From Botryllus schlosseri (lineage: Eukaryota), in assembly GCA_051294905.1 (NCBI GenBank), contig CM119372.1, positions 25,546,001-25,610,000 on the forward strand: 64,000 nucleotides of DNA. The letters are read 5' to 3'. Each line of letters begins with the position of its first letter. The first letter of the stretch is position 1. A program made the translations under genes and the position numbers. This document shows positions 58,164-64,000 of this stretch, one piece after another. The notes below the pieces were generated by a model. The model did no database searches and was not told the DNA's origin. It saw only the letters and a program-made list of their open reading frames with translations.

Positions 58164-59516
58164 GACTGTCATCCGTTGCTGCGTCGTATTCATGGCCATT
58201 GTCTCTCGACCATTCAGCGCAAAGTTTGGTTTACGGCCGTATACAAGCATTTACAAATCTACTCAGAATTGCATCCCGAGCCGTATAAAAAAAACCTAAC
58301 AAATGAAAAATGATTTTGAATCAAGCGAAGAAAATTCTACGTTGAATTTTTCTGCCCCAAATTAATCTTTCTGCCCTTTGCCAATTTGCGAAATAACGGC
58401 GGGGTTTGGCTGCGTCATTTACGGCCCAGGCTATACTAGTACTCTGAATGCAAGTTTTAGGAAGATAATGACTAAAAAAGATCATCACTTGCGACCAATA
58501 AAATCATGGTCCAACACTTATAGACATTACATTCATTCTTGCGGCACCCCTGTGTGGTGCAGTCAGCAATCGGTACCGCATTGTGCCGTGGCACACCAGT
58601 TGAAACCACTGGGTTAGATAGTGAAGACTGCTATCCAAAAGTGTCTGCAACCCGTTTGAATTGTTAAATGGTATTGTGGTCTGTATGTATGCCGGTATCT
58701 TTATAACGAAGTCGAATAGTGAATCGACTATTGAACTCTGATATTGCAGAAGCAGTATAGGTCATTTTGTATCGACGAATTCGCTCTCCGCCATCGTTGT
58801 CAATTCGGTGTTTCTTCTTGTTCGTTAACACTGATTGGGTACTGCACGTTTTGTGACTTCCGTTTGACGAGAAAGACAAAACTAAAATATTTTGTATGAT
58901 TAATCAGAGTCTACATATATTGATTCATGGTGATGCAAAAAATAAAATCTGAAACATGCTAATAATAAGCTATTTTTGACATTTCCCCAAAATAGCTATA
59001 TATACATGGTCATTGCTCATTATGAAATAACAATGAAAGTGCAAATATGTCACTTTATTCGACCGCAAATAATATAATACCGGTTACACTACAGTGAAAA
59101 TAATTTGGTATTTTTAGACCATATCTATTTCATAGCCGTTTTAGGACAATGCTATTTCACAAAAATCTCGCTTTTTCCGCCAACATGTGCAGCATGGGAC
59201 TACAGATTTTCGATGCGAAGAAGGTCTCAAGGCTTCCACGGCCAGCAGAAGGTATGAAAACCATGATTCGTGCTGATAAATAACAAGTAGCGGAACAAGG
59301 CACAACTCCGATTCTGTTTTTTGAAGCTCTGGACCGACTCCTAGGTCGGATTCTAGACATGACCGTTGATTGAAACAATACAAACAGGACATTAAGGGAC
59401 ACTCGAGGATCAAACCCAACCCTTATCTGAAGTAATTATGCCAACTTGGACTTGGCATGTGGTTTATTTCCATAAACGTTTTACTTTAACTATAGATTCG
59501 AGGGTGGAAGAGGGCA

Positions 59517-59712
59517 AGAGAGAGAGATGATATTTTTTCGCCTGCACCGTCGAGATGCTTTGACGACGGAGATGCGATACGACCTTTAGTAAGGTCATCT
59601 AGGCCTAGTCTACACCCCATTTTTCTCAATGCTATCCGTGGATGCTGGTCTGACCCCGTCGGCGAATCCACTGCCTACCTATTAAAAAGCCGGACGCATC
59701 ACCATTACACTC
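59517..59712 (-). mobile_element. tRNA-derived SINE, internally deleted, with (TC)n tail
   Basis: Head AGTGTAATGGTGATGCGTCCGGCTTTT and tail AAAAAATATCATCTCTCTCTCT match the two halves flanking the LINE. Confidence 0.7.
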
Positions 59713-59961
59713 GGTAAGACTGTCATATTCTTAGTAAAAAGTGCTGATACGGCTTCGATCCGACTCCGGCCGTATCAGAAAAAGTACTGATCCGGCTCCG
59801 GTCAAAAATGAGAAAATCCGGCCGGATATCCAATGCGGGTCCGGTCCATGCTCCGGGCCCTTCTATCTATGCGGTCTCTATGGTCTAGCTCAGGGGTGGC
59901 CAATTGGCCAACCTTTTTGCTATGCATTTATTCACCTTTCATCGGGATTGTTGGTATATTG

Positions 59962-61012
59962 CAGTGGTCGGGAACCTATAGCTCGCGAGCCATATATGGC
60001 TCTTTTGGGTATAAGATATGACTCTTTGCCAAATTTTTATTTTTGTATCGAATTGATCAATATTGCAGCAACTTGTTAGAAAATTTGCCTCACGGCCAGA
60101 ATAATTATTCTCGTGACAGTATAAACATGTCTTTGAGAGGTAACGACAATGTCGTCTTCAGGTTTATGGGGCTCGGACCCCTCTTTGCAAAATCCTCAAA
60201 TTGTAATAGCCTAACTGATGCGACGGCGACCAATATCACTCGCGAATTCGATGTAGGCTACCCGACTCGAAATTTGATTGATTGGATTGCGTGATACGTT
60301 GATTGATCAAAGAGAATAGCAGAGAGAGCGACGTCCATATGACAACGACACATTGTTTTCCTGATCTACGGCACGAAATCAGCTGCCGTGGACGTTACAT
60401 TCACAATTACAAACTCGAATTACAAACAATGTCATAGCTATCCACGTTCTTGGTTGGTAAGTAGTTCTGTAGTACCGGCGATAAAATGTGGCGTGCAGCG
60501 CAACGTATGTGTTACCGCCGAATGCATAAAGAATTGAGAATCCGATCAGTATTTAGATTTTCGGAGTCAATGCGACAGCTAGATTCGATTAATGTCAGTT
60601 ATAATAAATTCTAAGCTATTTACGATGAATTGCGTTATCGGTGGTGAGGCTTGGTCCGCCTGTGCCTTACCTCTCGTTTCGCGCTTTATTTCCGAATAAT
60701 AAATATGCATGCACCTACGCCTGTGATCATGGGTTCTCACATTTAAAGGAGCATCACGACGAACCTACGTTCTCGTAACTCAAGTTTCGCGCTTAAATAA
60801 GGCAACCAGCATGATTAGTACTAGTTTATAGAGAGAAAATGTGGCGCACACGATGAATCCCATGTATAGTGAGTTCGAATTAGTGCTACTATGACGTCAC
60901 GAATTTCCAATTGTGACATAACAGTTGATTGACATGGATGGCTCTTTGAGACTTAAAATGGAAAAAATAGGGCCAATACGGCTCTTCGGACAAAAAAGGT
61001 TCCCGACCCCTG
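59962..61012. mobile_element. hAT-type non-autonomous element
   Basis: TIRs CAGTGGTCGGGAACC / GGTTCCCGACCCCTG; GGCTCT(T/C) subterminal motifs. Confidence 0.72.
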
Positions 61013-61525
61013 GACTATAGTGGGAAGATATTGGAATCGCCCAAACATACCCAGACACAAATTTTTTTCGTGTGAAGCACGCAATTCCGAGTTGTTATTT
61101 CTATATGGGGCGCATCATTTTCCTCTGCTGTTCGCATCTGTACTGTGGGGCTCAGATTGCAAAGAACGCTATATGAGCTATATGAGCATCGATAAATGAA
61201 GTGGCATTGAATCGCGCCACATTGAATACCATAATCATCAAATCTCCCTATTTTTTTCGCACTTCGCGCGTAATTTGCGGACGGTAAACGATACGTATTC
61301 ACGACTGCAACGGTCCAAATAATAATTTATGTAAAATGCGACGACACGGTCGCTCATAATGCAATTTCGTCACACTGTAAAATGTTTCGGACTCCGTATT
61401 GTAATCTTGCAGCACGCGGCTTGCCCAAATCTGTAAAATCCATGACCATGAGTTTGAGAGTGTGAAAGTCTATTTCAATCCCGGTAGATCAACTTGAAAG
61501 TTTTTTTTTGTTAATTGGATAAACT

Positions 61526-61848
61526 ATGGTTCCATACTATTACCGAGAATGCTATTACCGAGAATGCTATTACCGAGAATGGACATTACCGAGAACGGAC
61601 ATTACCGAGAATGGACATTACCGAGAATGGCCAATGCCAAGAATCTAGCTTAAAGTAACGGAAACTGTCGAGAAAATTATACCTGAGAATCGATACCGAA
61701 TGTGGCAACGCCGTGATGCACACACACGACCTGTTCATGTGCATAACATGCCTGCATTGCATATATTGCATTCTCGGTAATGTCCAATTGTCCATTCTCG
61801 GTATTGTCCTTCTCGGTAATAGCATTCTCGGTTTTGACCGGACACCAG
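61526..61848. repeat. MITE built from 15-bp TTACCGAGAATG(C/G) tandem units, inverted at the right end
   Basis: Six tandem units at 61539-61630; reverse-complement units CATTCTCGGTA at 61769-61832. Confidence 0.8.
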
Positions 61849-62933
61849 GCAACTTCTATTCCTATTTAATTCAACAACCTAACTGGATATATTACCGCAG
61901 GAGCCATAATATAGGTCCATATATGACCTGACTGCTGTACACGTCGGAGAAATATATATTGGGCTGTTTCCATTGATTAACACTTAATATGACTGTCAGT
62001 ATTACATCACACTGTGATTGTGAGAAATATGCTATTGTTGAATATTATTCAAGTATTCATGAGGAGTTCACATCTTAGTGCAAAAATTATTTCTTAATTT
62101 TGTCTGATACGGAGAAAATAAATTGCATTGAGCTGGTCTCAGTATCATTCAGATTTGGGTTACTTGTCACATATATCTTTATATTTCGCGTCGTATTCGA
62201 ATGTCAGAGGCCTGATATTTCCAATGTAGGTATGGTTTGAAAGTTCCACTTCCATAAAATTATAATCTACTTCAAATCCTACAAATGAACGGTTTTACTT
62301 GATGACTCACTGGCTGGTTTCGCGGAAATGTAATGAGATGGTTTGTTACGCGCTGGTCGTAATTGCTACAAGAATCCAAACGCTGTGGGAGCTCTACGGA
62401 CAGTTTGCATCGCACAATACAGGTGTAGCGTCGATAGCATCTGGCAATGATAAATGCATAATCTTTCATGACACTACTAAGTCTCAAATCAAAACTTTGA
62501 TGTGAGAAGATCATGGAAATAATGGCAGCTCTTTTAAGGACGCCGGCCGTAAAATACCGCGTGAATTGAAAGATATAAGAATCATTACGCATGACCGATT
62601 TATACCCAGCTGTGCTGGGGTTAATATGTTACATAATATATGTCAAAACAGTAACTTTCCCGCTATATCGCCTTCGCAGATGGTAATTTTCATACGAATA
62701 TATCTGATATTCCTGTTTTGTTATCGTCATCAAAAGCGGGTATCGTTGCTCCGATCAAGCGCGGACATATCCTATTTGCATTTGCAAATTTCATGAGTTT
62801 ATGATTTTTTCTTTCTCGCACTGATAAGCTTGTCATGTTTGTCGCGCTATTCATCCTCCTGAACCGCACTAGATCGTGACTAGAATTAGTTGTTGTTAGG
62901 CATTCTTCGCTGTTAGTGACGCATATTTCACAG

Positions 62934-63824
62934 GTGCATTGCACAATGAAACGTCGTCGAGGTGGGCCTATAGTGCTGACAGACGCAACCCGATGTCCTT
63001 ATTATCCAACAAAACCGCAATAAGCAAAGAGATAACTGATGTTTCTGCAACACAACAAATACGAAGGCGACGTGAGTAAATGCAGGACATAATTGATAAA
63101 CGTATATTCAGTGCATCCGCGAACTAAGGCCCCCTATTGCCGCACTTTATTTTATGACCTCATTTATTGCTGCTGCTGCTGCTGCTGCTGTTGTTGTTGT
63201 TGTTAGCATGTAATTGGACTTTTCCAATGTCCACACATCAACTCACAATTTTTGAACATAAGCAACCCTAGACGGGTTGGCTGAATATGAAAAGTTGCAA
63301 AACTGTACTAACGAACGGATTGGAGTTGATTTCCGTAGAAATTACTTGGACGAGAGAGAACTGCTCCGACAATCCTTTGGTATGGCATCGGCATTAGATC
63401 ATTTATTGATTAGTCTTGTCAACGTTCCGTGAGTGGGATATAGTGCGAACTGGAAAACGGTGACGACCTCACAACCTCATATAACTTACAACTAAAAAGT
63501 CAGCACACATAACGTTCGCAGATTATAAAGGCTATATAAATTACCACAATCTTGTTTGCTATTTATTGAGTGTTGCGGATATTCCTATTGTCTTTTTCGC
63601 AAACTACCGGAATAGCGAATAAACTTTCAAGATTTACTGCAAATTTATGCGGATTTTGACAATATTACTCCACGCCATGAATGTAGAAGAGTGACCACAA
63701 TCACCTGATGAACTTCACAGTGCAATGTGAATTGGATAATGCTGATAGTTTAAAGAGAGAACTTCCCGTGTTTTGGCGTTGGAAACCACAAAAATCAATA
63801 CCAATCAACGAACTTTCAGAAAAA
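62934..63824 (+). other. Candidate exons of an unidentified (pseudo)gene
   Basis: Acceptor/donor-bounded open segments 62934-63071 (ttcacag/gtgagt), 63339-63428 (ccgtag/gtgagt) and 63721-63824 (cacag/gtaagt); phases not reconciled; no family recognised. Confidence 0.25.
63167..63204. repeat. Compound (GCT)n(GTT)n microsatellite
   Basis: tgctgctgct...gttgttgttgtt. Confidence 0.9.
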
Positions 63825-64000
63825 GTAAGTGATATGTGCCGTGTTGTCACAATGTGTGAGACATTGATGTGTTGATTAAGTTTGAAAATATTGATAGATT
63901 ATTGCGGCAGACATTGTTTATGAGTTATAATGTACCATAATCCTCATCATCTTAATCGCATCGTCATGGGAAACGAATCTGCATATTTAATGGTCATGTA

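Larger units (their letters stand above)
55397..58238. mobile_element. Old, long imperfect foldback structure with nested insertions
   Basis: 55397-55505 pairs with 57526-57567 plus 58168-58238; 55858-56145 pairs with 56747-57016. Confidence 0.75.

Noticed and set aside
61539..61630. CRISPR-like array
   Set aside because: Tandem units have no unique spacers, the context is eukaryotic and no cas genes are present.

Overview
Eukaryotic, repeat-dense animal DNA. The MEF2 C-terminus (KRQRV...EWAT) and many 58-67 nt GT-AG introns suggest an invertebrate chordate such as a tunicate (inference only). Two intact spliced + strand genes could be built exon by exon: MEF2 (10 coding exons, 701-10038, 459 aa) and a SUV4-20/KMT5B-C H4K20 methyltransferase (5 coding exons, 34298-36514, 510 aa). 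Most of the rest is nested mobile DNA: many non-autonomous hAT-type elements with 8-bp target-site duplications (TSDs), a solo LTR, CR1-like and Chapaev-like relics, and tRNA-derived SINEs. Main observations: (1) a family of TATAG...CTATA foldback elements with 7-bp GNTTMAC TSDs, whose unrelated arms enclose a shared central core, plus a 22-bp minimal member; (2) a young, endonuclease-less Tx1/L1 RT ORF inserted inside a tRNA-derived SINE, whose head supplies Pol III boxes and in-frame ATGs, all inside a hAT element; (3) an old foldback with a decayed YqaJ-like exonuclease in its loop; (4) a duplication with a templated insertion. All calls were made by eye, without database searches.
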